The notes beneath the pieces are model-generated. The model did no database searches. It had not been told where the DNA came from and saw only the letters and a list, made by a program, of their open reading frames with translations. 41,131 nucleotides of DNA from Chitinophagales bacterium (GTDB lineage: Bacteria; Bacteroidota; Bacteroidia; Chitinophagales; BACL12): NCBI GenBank assembly GCA_014380545.1, contig JACMJP010000092.1:1-41131 (forward strand). The letters run 5' to 3'. The translations under genes and the position numbers were made by a program. Positions 16,129 through 25,911 of the stretch are shown here, piece after piece. Numbering within the stretch: position 1 is the stretch's first letter; the number at the start of each line of letters is the position of its first letter.

Positions 16129-17706
16129 TTAAAGATTTAATTTTCCGTATTGCAGGTTTTTACCTCTTTCTGCTGAAATTGTAAAACTTGTTCCAACAAT
16201 AGGAAGACAACTACTTGTTTCCAAAATAACATCAAGATCTTTTCCACGGAAGAGTGCTTCTTTCTCCCAATCTCCACCACCTCCAACAGTAACTAATGTA
16301 GCAAGTGCTTTGTTTTTATTCACCATCATTTTCACATCCTTTAAACTTCTTGCATCACCGTTGTCTTTATGATCATTGTAAAGAATATAAATATCACCGT
16401 CTTTTGCAGTGCTCACAAAACTATTATATTTATAAGCCGCACGGGTTAAATACCCGGGAAAATACCAAACTGAAAGCGGTCCGATTCCCAATTTAGGAGT
16501 TGATATTGTAGTTGATTGCATTTTCGGTATTGTACTTATCCAGTCAATTTCCTGCACACTGTTATACCTGAAAATGATAAGGTGATTAAAATAATATGTT
16601 CTGCTTACTGAGCTTTGTTCCTCATCCTGTATAATTCTTCTTTGTTCAGCAATAACATAGCCGCTGCCATCTTTTTCTTCATTCATTTCCTGAATTGTAT
16701 ATGCATTCAATTCATCTGCATTGAAGAATTTTGCAAATGCTCCTGAGGGAGATATTGCCGCTTTTGTTGATGCGTCCATCACTTTAATATGCATATCAAA
16801 GTCTTCTAAGTTTGCCGGATCTGCAACAGCCATAAATGCCCCTTCAATACCTTCACTTTTTCCTTTTCCGGTAAGATCATTATAAAATCCGGTGATCAAA
16901 ACTCTTTTGCTGTTCACGAATTTTACTCTTGCACTTGAAATAAATTTGCCTTCCATCTTGATATTCTTTTCATCAAATTTTCCTGATGTGCCGATAAAAG
17001 AAAAAATACTTGTACTGTATTTTTCAAGTTTTGATCCTTCTTCACCTTTAATTAGTGCAAGCATGGCAACATCTCCATCATTTTCAACGGCCGCAGAAAG
17101 TAAAGTAAAATTTTTATCTTCATATGGGAATGAAGCTGAAGTTTTCCAGAGTTCTTCATAATTTTCTGTGTTCACAACCGTGAGTGTAATCTTAGCTTCG
17201 TCATCACCTTTCATGTCATGCTCATGTACAATTAAAATTTTACTGCTATCACCAGAAAATTTATATTGAAAATCAGATTTCTCTGTGTTTTTTTCCACTT
17301 TAACCGCAGCGATTTTTTTAAGCTTTGTTTTTGTCGGTTTTCCTGCAAGGTTAAAAGTTACTGCTCTTACATAATTTGTTTTTTCCCCGCTTTCATATTC
17401 CGACATCAGCAGGTTTATCTCTCCATTGCGGAGGTAAGCAACATCAGCATCAAATTTTTTCTCACCTGTAATGAGTTCGGTTTGCGCTGCAATATCCATC
17501 TTTCCATTAATGTTCATAAGAAGACCATCTTTTCCGTCTATCTGAACGGCGTAATAATTTCCACCGATCCATCCAAGCGGCATATAAGAGTTTGTAGTAC
17601 CTCCTGCTTTGTCCATTGTACCCCATTGTATTTCATGATCTCCGGCATAAAGTCCGGTGAATGTCAATAATATGCAAATACAGAATAGTTGTAGTTTCGT
17701 TTTCAT
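16129..17706 (-). CDS. Hypothetical exported beta-rich protein
   Basis: Likely start MKTKLQLFCICILLTFTGLYA (signal peptide) at 17706 rather than 17769; beta-strand-rich, WISTIPKMQ and YILYND motifs, ends QYGKLNL. Confidence 0.8.
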   Translation of the reverse strand: MKTKLQLFCICILLTFTGLYAGDHEIQWGTMDKAGGTTNSYMPLGWIGGNYYAVQIDGKDGLLMNINGKMDIAAQTELITGEKKFDADVAYLRNGEINLLMSEYESGEKTNYVRAVTFNLAGKPTKTKLKKIAAVKVEKNTEKSDFQYKFSGDSSKILIVHEHDMKGDDEAKITLTVVNTENYEELWKTSASFPYEDKNFTLLSAAVENDGDVAMLALIKGEEGSKLEKYSTSIFSFIGTSGKFDEKNIKMEGKFISSARVKFVNSKRVLITGFYNDLTGKGKSEGIEGAFMAVADPANLEDFDMHIKVMDASTKAAISPSGAFAKFFNADELNAYTIQEMNEEKDGSGYVIAEQRRIIQDEEQSSVSRTYYFNHLIIFRYNSVQEIDWISTIPKMQSTTISTPKLGIGPLSVWYFPGYLTRAAYKYNSFVSTAKDGDIYILYNDHKDNGDARSLKDVKMMVNKNKALATLVTVGGGGDWEKEALFRGKDLDVILETSSCLPIVGTSFTISAERGKNLQYGKLNL

Positions 17707-17970
17707 TTTTTTGTAATTTGGTTTATATTTTTTTTTGAAATCCAAATATAGAAATTCTTTAGTAAACAATACCCTAAGTGAACAACCTGTACCAAATTAT
17801 TAATATTTTCGAATGAGGGGTTTCTTTTTAAGTGAAATAAAAGAAAATATATTTTATCCCATTACAACTATCAGTAAGTTTTAGGAAACATATCATTTTT
17901 TATGTTGTTGAATGCAGCAGGTAGCTATTGAATGTATTTGCGCAATAAAATAACCATTTTTTTAATACCT

Positions 17971-17978
17971 TATCTTTG
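17971..17978 (+). promoter_or_regulatory. -7 box of uvrC promoter
   Basis: TATCTTTG 11 nt before the ATG, implying a very short leader. Confidence 0.6.
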
Positions 17979-17989
17979 CCTTAATTGTA

Positions 17990-19816
17990 ATGAACCCCGA
18001 TCAGTTTAAAAATATTGAAATAACGCTTCCGGCAAAACCCGGTGTATATCGCTATTATGATACAGAAGGGAAAATGCTGTATGTAGGAAAAGCAAAACAT
18101 TTAAAAAAAAGGGTTGGCAGTTATTTCCAAAAACAGGATCATAGTGCAAGAATAAAATTGCTGGTAAAAAAAATTGAGAAAATAGAATTCACCATTGTTA
18201 ACTCAGAGCAGGATGCATTCTTATTGGAGAATACTCTAATAAAAAAACACCAGCCAAAATATAATGTTAATTTAAAGGATGGTAAAACATATCCTTTCAT
18301 TGTTGTGAAAAATGAACGGTTTCCACGAATGTTTTTTACAAGAAAAAGAATTGAGGATGGTTCCACTTATCTCGGGCCTTTCACCTCAAAAGGAAAAGTA
18401 AAATCCATTTTTGATTTTATTAAATCTATTTTCCCGATCCGAACATGTAATTATTTTTTATCAGAACAAAATATTAAGAATCATAAATTCAAGGTTTGTC
18501 TTGAATATCATTTGGGCAATTGCAAAGGGCCCTGCGAAGGTTTGATGAGTGAAGGGGAATACATGGAAAATGTGCAAAGTATTGTTCATATTTTAAAAGG
18601 AAATATGAGTTTAGTGAAAACCAGGTTTAAAGAAAAAATACATGAATATGTTGAGAAATTAGAATTTGAGGAAGCTGGGGAAATAAAAAAGAAACTGGAG
18701 ATAATTGAAGATTACCAGGGGAGAAGTACAGTAGTGAATATTAATATTGATAATGTGGATGTATTCGCAATTACAAATGCTGAAAACTTTGCAGTAATAG
18801 GGTACTTAAAGATTATGCAGGGCATGATAACGCAAACCAAAACTTTAGTGATCACAAAAAAATTAGATGAACCGCCTGAAGAATTATTAAGTATTGCAAT
18901 TACAGAATTAAGGTTACAATTTCAAAGCGAAAGCAATGAGATAATTGTTCCGTTTAAAACAGAATTAAGTGAGGAAACAATTATACAAACAATTCCGCTT
19001 GCAGGTGATAAAAAGAAATTATTAGATCTTGCTTTAAAGAATGCACTATATGTGAAAGAAGAAAAAAACGCAGGAAAAGAAAAACGGGAGGCAAGAAATC
19101 AAAATACCCGCATTCTTGAAACAATTAAAAATGATTTTAAATTAAAAGAACTGCCTTATCATATTGAATGTTTTGATAATTCAAATATCCAGGGTACAAA
19201 TCCGGTGGCAAGTATGGTGTGTTTTAAAAACGCTAAACCGAGTAAAAAAGATTACCGGCATTTTAATATTAAAACAGTTATAGGTCCGGACGATTTTAGC
19301 AGCATGCATGAAATTGTTTTAAGAAGATATAAAAGGTTAATAGATGAAGCACAAACTCTTCCGCAACTCATTGTTATTGATGGTGGCAAAGGCCAATTAG
19401 GTGCAGCCGTTGAAGCATTAAAAGAATTAAATATTTACGGTAGGATTGCCATTTGTTCTATAGCTAAAAGGCTGGAGGAAATATATTTTCCCGAAGATCC
19501 GCTGCCATTGTATATCAGTAAAAAAAGCGAAAGCCTCAAAGTAATTCAGCAATTAAGAGATGAAGCGCACAGGTTTGCAATTACTTTCCATCGCTTAAAA
19601 AGAAGTAAATCAGCAATTAATTCTGAATTACAAAATGTAAAGGGCATAGGTGAAGTAATACAAAAAAAGTTAATTGCAGAATTTAAATCTGTAAAAAAAA
19701 TAAAAGAAGCCCCTGTGGAAGAAATTGAAAAAATAATAGGTAAAGCAAAAGCAAAATTAATTATTGATCATTTTCAAACACATGTTAAGTCAGATTCGTC
19801 AGATGCTTCCATCTGA
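17990..19816 (+). CDS. uvrC: Excinuclease ABC subunit C
   Basis: GIY-YIG PGVYRY...YVGKAK; C-x6-C...PC; IECFDNSN; IDGGKGQL; RDEAHRFA; HhH GIG. Confidence 0.97.
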   Translation: MNPDQFKNIEITLPAKPGVYRYYDTEGKMLYVGKAKHLKKRVGSYFQKQDHSARIKLLVKKIEKIEFTIVNSEQDAFLLENTLIKKHQPKYNVNLKDGKTYPFIVVKNERFPRMFFTRKRIEDGSTYLGPFTSKGKVKSIFDFIKSIFPIRTCNYFLSEQNIKNHKFKVCLEYHLGNCKGPCEGLMSEGEYMENVQSIVHILKGNMSLVKTRFKEKIHEYVEKLEFEEAGEIKKKLEIIEDYQGRSTVVNINIDNVDVFAITNAENFAVIGYLKIMQGMITQTKTLVITKKLDEPPEELLSIAITELRLQFQSESNEIIVPFKTELSEETIIQTIPLAGDKKKLLDLALKNALYVKEEKNAGKEKREARNQNTRILETIKNDFKLKELPYHIECFDNSNIQGTNPVASMVCFKNAKPSKKDYRHFNIKTVIGPDDFSSMHEIVLRRYKRLIDEAQTLPQLIVIDGGKGQLGAAVEALKELNIYGRIAICSIAKRLEEIYFPEDPLPLYISKKSESLKVIQQLRDEAHRFAITFHRLKRSKSAINSELQNVKGIGEVIQKKLIAEFKSVKKIKEAPVEEIEKIIGKAKAKLIIDHFQTHVKSDSSDASI

Positions 19817-19893
19817 CTATTGAAGTATTTTAATATTGCCAGATATACGAAAACAATAAATATTATAAATATTGCCAGATGGAAGCATCTGGC
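19798..19893. repeat. Inverted pair of 20-bp REP-like palindromes overlapping the uvrC stop
   Basis: GTCAGATGCTTCCATCTGAC (19798-19817) and GCCAGATGGAAGCATCTGGC (19874-19893), 18/20 reverse-complementary to each other; AATATTGCCAGAT direct repeat at 19832 and 19868. Confidence 0.7.
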
Positions 19894-19901
19894 ATAAATA
19901 C

Positions 19902-19933
19902 AAAAAAAAGCCTGTGATAAAATCACAGGCTTC
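19902..19933. terminator. Terminator between convergent uvrC and gldN
   Basis: AAGCCTGTGAT-AAA-ATCACAGGCTT hairpin with A-run on the left. Confidence 0.8.
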
Positions 19934-19971
19934 AAATATATTTATGTCAGGTTTGTATACTGACTTAGTAT

Positions 19972-20805
19972 TTAAAATTCCCAGAGCTGATGCTCAAATT
20001 CGAATATTTCATTTTTTACACGATCACTTTCCAGTACCTGGTCAATTCCGGCAGCGTATGCATTAATAAACCTGTCATACACATTATCTTCTTTAATTAC
20101 ATAACTGCTAAAATAACGGTTCTCAAAAATATCCTCGAATGTGAAATACCTTGCACTGTTCTTTGTATTAAATACTTCAATGCGTATCATGTGTTCCCGC
20201 ATATCCGGATAATATATCCAGAACATATCTTCCTCACCAATAGGCTCACCTGTCGCCTGGTCAATTCTTTCTTTAACAGGAGCTATACCAACAATGCGCA
20301 CTTGCAGAGTTGAGGTTTCTTCATCAAATATCCAGTCTTCCTTTATTTTTAATTTCTTTACTTCCATGTAATTAAATGTAACGGGAACTGTTCTTATTTC
20401 TTCTTCATATGTTTCTTCATTAAATAAATAAACAGTATCAACCCTGTTGAATTTATTTTGAACATCTTCTACAGTAAAAGCATTTTCAGCTTTAAAATCA
20501 TCATAAAGTGGGCTATAGGCAGTGAGTTCACCTGCAATTACAAGGTTATATATTCTGTCCATAAATGGATCTTTGGGCCAGGAAAAAGGCAGGTTCATTT
20601 TCTCCCTGAAGTCAATAACTCTCCAAACTCTTTTTTCCCAAAATACATCCGCCTCTCTTATGTGATCATATGGAAGTATTTCACGGGACGTAATTAACTC
20701 CCTGTCATAAATCCCGTCTCTTTTTTCTTCCGAAGTTGCTTGCGCAAATATTGAAAATGACGAGAAAAGGAATGCTGCAAAAAAGAATTTTGATATGCTG
20801 TTCAT
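19972..20805 (-). CDS. gldN: Gliding motility/T9SS protein GldN (PorN)
   Basis: LPYDHIREADVFWEKRVWRVIDFREKMN, IKEDWIFD, FWIYYP, FEFEHQLWEF; operon position. Confidence 0.95.
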   Translation of the reverse strand: MNSISKFFFAAFLFSSFSIFAQATSEEKRDGIYDRELITSREILPYDHIREADVFWEKRVWRVIDFREKMNLPFSWPKDPFMDRIYNLVIAGELTAYSPLYDDFKAENAFTVEDVQNKFNRVDTVYLFNEETYEEEIRTVPVTFNYMEVKKLKIKEDWIFDEETSTLQVRIVGIAPVKERIDQATGEPIGEEDMFWIYYPDMREHMIRIEVFNTKNSARYFTFEDIFENRYFSSYVIKEDNVYDRFINAYAAGIDQVLESDRVKNEIFEFEHQLWEF

Positions 20806-20820
20806 AGCCTTATAATTTTA

Positions 20821-22413
20821 TTATATAAGTTTAAATGTTGTACTTACTGATCTTGTTGTTCCATCAGGCATGCGCACTTTTACATCATTCAACATAATCC
20901 TGTCACCCGGTTTTGCTTTTTTCTTTATTTCCTGCATCAGTGAAGTAAATCCCGGACCCTTTGCATAATCCGAAACAAGACTACCACCGCCTGCAGGTAC
21001 ATATACTAACTCAAATCCAACAACCTGGTAAGGCACCTGGAAGACGAAGTCAACATTTTTTGCATCTACACGATCGGTAATAGTAAATTCAGACTTTTTT
21101 ATAGTTCCGCCTTTTGATGTACTTAAATATGGATATGGATCAGGAATACGACGTACTCTGAATTCATTTTTATATGATTTAACTCCCTCCGGTGTATTAA
21201 CGGTTACATTAATATTATCAACCCCCGGGCTACTTGGGTTTGCTGTATATTCTTCCCCTTTAATTTTTTTAATGTTACAGCCTGAAGCAGAAACTTTATC
21301 AGAAACATACCCCGGTACTGAAATTTTAATCGGGTTTTCAATTCCAACATAAAGTACATTCATTGAAGTTGGAGAAACAACAGCTCCACCCACTTCAAAT
21401 GTTTCATAGCCAAAATCGAAAGGGTAATACTTAAATTTATCTGAATTTGGTACGGCCATTTTAACAACACCCTGATAAGTAGGTGCACCGGAAGCCGCTT
21501 CCTTAATTTTACCCATACCATTAACAACGTCAACCTTTCTTGCGCCGCTCAATGGAATTTCAGCTTCAGTTCCTTCAATCACATTATAATCGCCATTGGC
21601 ATCTTTAATTACTTTTCCATTAAAGCTACCGAGGTACACTTCAGGATTAGCCTGCTTGGATGTTGCTGCAACAAAGATGTCAGCCGTATATTCATTGCCC
21701 CGCTTTACATAAGCTGTAGGCGCTACAACACGGGCCACCATCTGGTCTATCTTGTAGTCGAACTTATCTATATTGGCTCCGAGAACATCCAGTATGGAAT
21801 TTTCAGCACTTCTCGCATCCTGCTGAAGCTTGGTGAGAATGGTTGTAACGGCGATTGCCGGTACCCTGTCAAAGTTATATTCAGCCCAGTCTTTTTTAGA
21901 ATCAGCAGGTACATCGGTAACTTTTAAAGGAATATCTATACTCGCATCATTTCCTACAAGGGCAAGAAATTTACCCCTCGCTTCCTCTATCTTTTGTTTG
22001 AGTTCTTCAGCCTTTCCTTCCTTTAATAAAAGGTGGCTGGTTTTTTCAGTTTCCCCTTCTGTTTTAAGGAATTTATTTGGGTCTTCTGTATTTTCCCCGC
22101 CGGCAGCGACTTTTATCTCCTCTTTCAGCGTTTCTACCCATGCTACAAAATCATTACTGATAGTTTGAGCCTGCTGGGCATTTGCCAGCATTTGCTGGGT
22201 ATTTGGCCTGTTATCTTTTGCAGCTGCAGAATTAATAGCAGCCATCATAGAAGTGCTCTTCTGCGTTAATATGTCGTTACTGTCGGATATGCCTCTGTTA
22301 ACAAGATTAAAGGCATTCAGTATCTCAGCAGAAACATTCAGTGCAAGCATGGCGGTTAATACCAGGTACATGAGGTTAATCATGAGCTGGCGGGGTTCCT
22401 TAGGTATTGACAT
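20821..22413 (-). CDS. gldM: Gliding motility/T9SS motor protein GldM (PorM)
   Basis: PRQLMINLMYLVLTAMLALNVSAEIL; MNVLYVGIENPI; FRVRRIPDP. Confidence 0.96.
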   Translation of the reverse strand: MSIPKEPRQLMINLMYLVLTAMLALNVSAEILNAFNLVNRGISDSNDILTQKSTSMMAAINSAAAKDNRPNTQQMLANAQQAQTISNDFVAWVETLKEEIKVAAGGENTEDPNKFLKTEGETEKTSHLLLKEGKAEELKQKIEEARGKFLALVGNDASIDIPLKVTDVPADSKKDWAEYNFDRVPAIAVTTILTKLQQDARSAENSILDVLGANIDKFDYKIDQMVARVVAPTAYVKRGNEYTADIFVAATSKQANPEVYLGSFNGKVIKDANGDYNVIEGTEAEIPLSGARKVDVVNGMGKIKEAASGAPTYQGVVKMAVPNSDKFKYYPFDFGYETFEVGGAVVSPTSMNVLYVGIENPIKISVPGYVSDKVSASGCNIKKIKGEEYTANPSSPGVDNINVTVNTPEGVKSYKNEFRVRRIPDPYPYLSTSKGGTIKKSEFTITDRVDAKNVDFVFQVPYQVVGFELVYVPAGGGSLVSDYAKGPGFTSLMQEIKKKAKPGDRIMLNDVKVRMPDGTTRSVSTTFKLI

Positions 22414-22458
22414 ATATTATTTCCTTTTAAATTTTAATAAATTATTTTACCTAAAAAA

Positions 22459-23274
22459 TTATTTAGCTCCCATACTCATTGCAGAAAGCATATTGCCATA
22501 TACACGGTTCAACGCAGATAAGTTGCTTGATAATTGCCCGATCTCTTCACGATATTTTTGAGTATCAGTCAATGATTCATTCAGATTATCCATAGCTGAA
22601 TTTAAGCTACCATAGAAACGGTTCATTGCCTTTAGGTGATTATTGGTATCCTGTAATTCAAGTTCGTAAATTGCATTTAACTGGCTTAAATTTTTAGTTA
22701 CCATTTGCACCTGCTCATGATACTTTGTTGTATCTACTGATGAGGCTGTAATTTGCGCCATTGCATTTGCAGCATTATGATAAGCTTCCCGCATTTCAGT
22801 AACAGCAACAGTTGCTGACTTAATATTTGTAGCATATTCATTTGTATTCAAGGCAGCGTCATGCACATCAGAAAGTTTTTCTATGTTCTCTCCCAAACGT
22901 TTCAGGTTATCGCCAAGCCGCTCAATCATCACTGGTTCAACTTTGCTTTCCTCCAGCATTTTATCAAGCTGGCGGGTAACACTTTCTTTTGGTTCTAATT
23001 TGTGTATTTTTTTCCCGGACCTTGCTTCTTCCACTTCAGGTGAAACATGTAAATCCGGATATATCTTCTCCCAATAATAGTCTCTGTGAGGTGGAATAAT
23101 TCCAAGCATTAAGAATAAAAATGCTTCTGTGAGCATACCTACCATGAGCATTAAGTCTGCAAAAGGTAAGTGAAGGATTTTAAATAATGCACCTACAAGT
23201 ACTATAGAAGCACCTGCACCGATTACAAAGTTTTTGATACGTTTAAAACGTTCGGTCTCGAAAAATGCTGACAT
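22459..23274 (-). CDS. gldL: Gliding motility/T9SS motor protein GldL (PorL)
   Basis: GASIVLVGALFKILH, GMLTEA, WEKIYPDL, LNRVYGNMLSAM. Confidence 0.96.
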   Translation of the reverse strand: MSAFFETERFKRIKNFVIGAGASIVLVGALFKILHLPFADLMLMVGMLTEAFLFLMLGIIPPHRDYYWEKIYPDLHVSPEVEEARSGKKIHKLEPKESVTRQLDKMLEESKVEPVMIERLGDNLKRLGENIEKLSDVHDAALNTNEYATNIKSATVAVTEMREAYHNAANAMAQITASSVDTTKYHEQVQMVTKNLSQLNAIYELELQDTNNHLKAMNRFYGSLNSAMDNLNESLTDTQKYREEIGQLSSNLSALNRVYGNMLSAMSMGAK

Positions 23275-23395
23275 GTTTTAACTGTTTTTTGGTTTTAAAA
23301 TGATTATTACTTTTGAATTTAACTCTATATCGCTGATATAAAATGTGCCTATCAACGAATTACTTTACCATATTATTATAAGATGTGAAAAAAAA

Positions 23396-24694
23396 TTAGA
23401 AATCACTCATTGATCTTCCGAGGAATGGCATTACGCATCTGAACCCAACATAACATTTTGCTGTATCCTGAAATTCCCAATGGCGGCTACCTGTCTGAAT
23501 ATAATAACTGATATCCTTCCATGAACCACCTCTTATCACTTTTCTTTTCAATGCCGGCGGATCGCTGTCTTCCGCATCATATCTTATATCAGGGTTTTCA
23601 TCGTGAATGAACATATGAGCATTTTCATAAAATGCTGTTGAAGACCATTCACTAACATTACCTGCCATATTATATAAACCGAAATCATTAGGAGCATAAG
23701 AATATACATTCACAGTATAGTAGCCTCCATCTTCAGGATAATTTCCACGACCCGGTTTGAAGTTAGCAAGGAAACAACCTTTTGTATTTCTTACATAAGG
23801 TCCTCCCCATGGGTATGGCACCTGATCTCTGCCACCTCTTGCTGCATATTCCCATTCACTTTCAGTTGGTAAACGGAAATCATCAACAATTACTTCTTCA
23901 TGCAGAATTCTCCACCAGTTCCAAAATCTTGTCCTCCAATGATTGAATGCTGTTGCCTGATGCCAGTCAACACCTACTACCGGATATTCATCAAAAGCAG
24001 GGTGCGAAAAATATTGACGGGTCATTGGTTCATTGTAAGAATATGAATAATCATGAACCCAGCAAAGTGTATCCGGATAAACCCGAACAGTTTTTTCATC
24101 CTTAAATTCGCTGAGATATTTATCACGGTCTTTATTTAATGTTTTACTTGCCGCATCTTTCCAGTGGATCCAGTCATAAGTATATTGCAAACGATTTGCA
24201 TCCACGGTTCTATACCAGATGCTTTCACCGGGAGGCATTAATAATTCTTCAAGTTTAGCTTTATTGCCCTCATCTTCATCACCCGCCCAGTCAATCTCTG
24301 TTGACCAGTCTATAATTGGCGTTTCTGTTTTTTCCCCATCTTCATTTTCCTGATATTGTGCCAATAGCACATGGGCAATGGAATCTCTCACCCAGAATAC
24401 AAACTGGCGATACTCATTGTTTGTAATTTCAGCATCATCCATATAAAATCCCTGAATGGAGATGGATTTTTCCCTTTGCCATAGTGAATTGTTTACATCC
24501 TGATCGCTTTGGCCAATGTGTAATGTACCGGAAGGGATGTATACCATACCATAAGGATTAATAGGTTCCCACACAGGGCGATCCTGCATTCCGAGTAACT
24601 GACCTCTGTAAGTATCCCATGTTGAATTGCTACATCCTGAAATGACAAATGCCGAAATAATTACAGCCGTGACTAATGGTAGTTTTCTGTTCAT
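23396..24694 (-). CDS. gldK: Gliding motility/T9SS lipoprotein GldK (PorK), FGE-sulfatase fold
   Basis: Lipobox ISGC; PYGMVYIPSG; ITNNEYRQFV; YPDTLCW; YPVVGVDW; FRLPTESEWEYAARGG; RGGSWKD. Confidence 0.95.
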   Translation of the reverse strand: MNRKLPLVTAVIISAFVISGCSNSTWDTYRGQLLGMQDRPVWEPINPYGMVYIPSGTLHIGQSDQDVNNSLWQREKSISIQGFYMDDAEITNNEYRQFVFWVRDSIAHVLLAQYQENEDGEKTETPIIDWSTEIDWAGDEDEGNKAKLEELLMPPGESIWYRTVDANRLQYTYDWIHWKDAASKTLNKDRDKYLSEFKDEKTVRVYPDTLCWVHDYSYSYNEPMTRQYFSHPAFDEYPVVGVDWHQATAFNHWRTRFWNWWRILHEEVIVDDFRLPTESEWEYAARGGRDQVPYPWGGPYVRNTKGCFLANFKPGRGNYPEDGGYYTVNVYSYAPNDFGLYNMAGNVSEWSSTAFYENAHMFIHDENPDIRYDAEDSDPPALKRKVIRGGSWKDISYYIQTGSRHWEFQDTAKCYVGFRCVMPFLGRSMSDF

Positions 24695-24837
24695 ACTTGT
24701 TATGCGTTGTTCAAAAACAAACTGCGTAAAATTAATTTTTTAGTGTATAAATTTTCGGATGGTTTGAATAGTATTATCCACACCACCTTTATTAAAAGGC
24801 AAAAATTAATAACTTTCCTGACAATCTCAAATTTCAC

Positions 24838-25824
24838 TTAGTAATATAAGTACCTCAAATTATTAATCTCTTTGCCCGCTCTTGGCTTTTCTACAAAGAT
24901 GCGATAGCGTAAAATTATTTCATGAGAACCATCACTTACTGTATTAATTTCAGAAAGCGTAACATCATAACTATAACTGATTCCCAACTTCTCTGAAATA
25001 TTCCATCCTCCAATAAGAACTACTGCGTCGGTTTGTTGTTTTAGGTTGCCTCTAAACGATGCGCCCACAAATATATTGTCTTTATAATCAAATATGGCGT
25101 TAAAGTCCACCATATTTTCCGCAAGATCCATTTTATAAAGAACATTTGGTGTCACACCAAATTTATCTGCTATTAAAATTTTATATCCCGCAGTAACGTA
25201 TCCTGCCGGATTATATTGTATGGATGCGGGTCCATTTTCTGTATTAAAAGAAAAATAATTATTTAATAAGTGATTAGCTGATACGCCAGCATAGAATTTA
25301 TTGCTCTGAAAATAAATTCCCCCACCCGCATCAGGAATAACCGAAGATTCAAGGGATATGGGAATGTTATCGTCATTATGGTCAATTGTGCCGTCGTTAT
25401 AGCTTCCTGTTGGTGAAATCAATTTACTGCCATCAAGTGTTCTTTGCACAACACCTCCATATAGCCCAAAACTTAATGTTGAATTTTTAAAATTCTTTTT
25501 ATAAGCATAATTAAGAGTTATCCCTGTTGTTTTTTGCTGCCCGGCATTATCATTAATAATATGAATGCCAGCCCCGCTTGAAATTTTATATAAGGGCATA
25601 TGAAAAGTAAGGGATTGCGTTTGTGGTGCTTCAGGAATACCCACCCATTGGTTCCTCGCATCAATCGTAGTCACAATAGCTTGCTGATTGCCGGCTACAG
25701 CAGGATTAAATTGTAAGGGGTTGAACATATACTGACTAAACTGCGGAGCATCCTGTGCACAAACATACATGCAAATGAAAAGAGAAAAAGAAAATGTGAT
25801 GCTGCGTAAAAAAATTTTCATCAA
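24838..25824 (-). CDS. porP: PorP/SprF family T9SS outer membrane beta-barrel
   Basis: AQDAPQFSQYMFNPLQFNPAVAG, RNQWVG, YSYD, GSHEI; directly upstream of gldK. Confidence 0.92.
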   Translation of the reverse strand: MMKIFLRSITFSFSLFICMYVCAQDAPQFSQYMFNPLQFNPAVAGNQQAIVTTIDARNQWVGIPEAPQTQSLTFHMPLYKISSGAGIHIINDNAGQQKTTGITLNYAYKKNFKNSTLSFGLYGGVVQRTLDGSKLISPTGSYNDGTIDHNDDNIPISLESSVIPDAGGGIYFQSNKFYAGVSANHLLNNYFSFNTENGPASIQYNPAGYVTAGYKILIADKFGVTPNVLYKMDLAENMVDFNAIFDYKDNIFVGASFRGNLKQQTDAVVLIGGWNISEKLGISYSYDVTLSEINTVSDGSHEIILRYRIFVEKPRAGKEINNLRYLYY

Positions 25825-25911
25825 TATATTTATTAACCGGCAACTGATAAACGACTTCTAAAGAGTAAAATTATAATAAACAGGTGAAAATTAACTCAAT
25901 CATGTAAAAAA

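Noticed and set aside
17774-17837. TAAGTGAA direct repeat upstream of the 525-aa gene (possible LytTR site)
   Set aside because: 8-bp AT-rich repeat with atypical spacing of about 55 bp; plausibly chance
19798-19933. Possible mini-CRISPR array after uvrC
   Set aside because: Repeats are inverted and only two are full-length; no regular spacers and no cas genes
23396-24694. GldK as the formylglycine-generating enzyme for the sulfatase
   Set aside because: It has the FGE fold but is a lipoprotein in the porP-gldKLMN operon and lacks the FGE catalytic Cys pair after RGGSW
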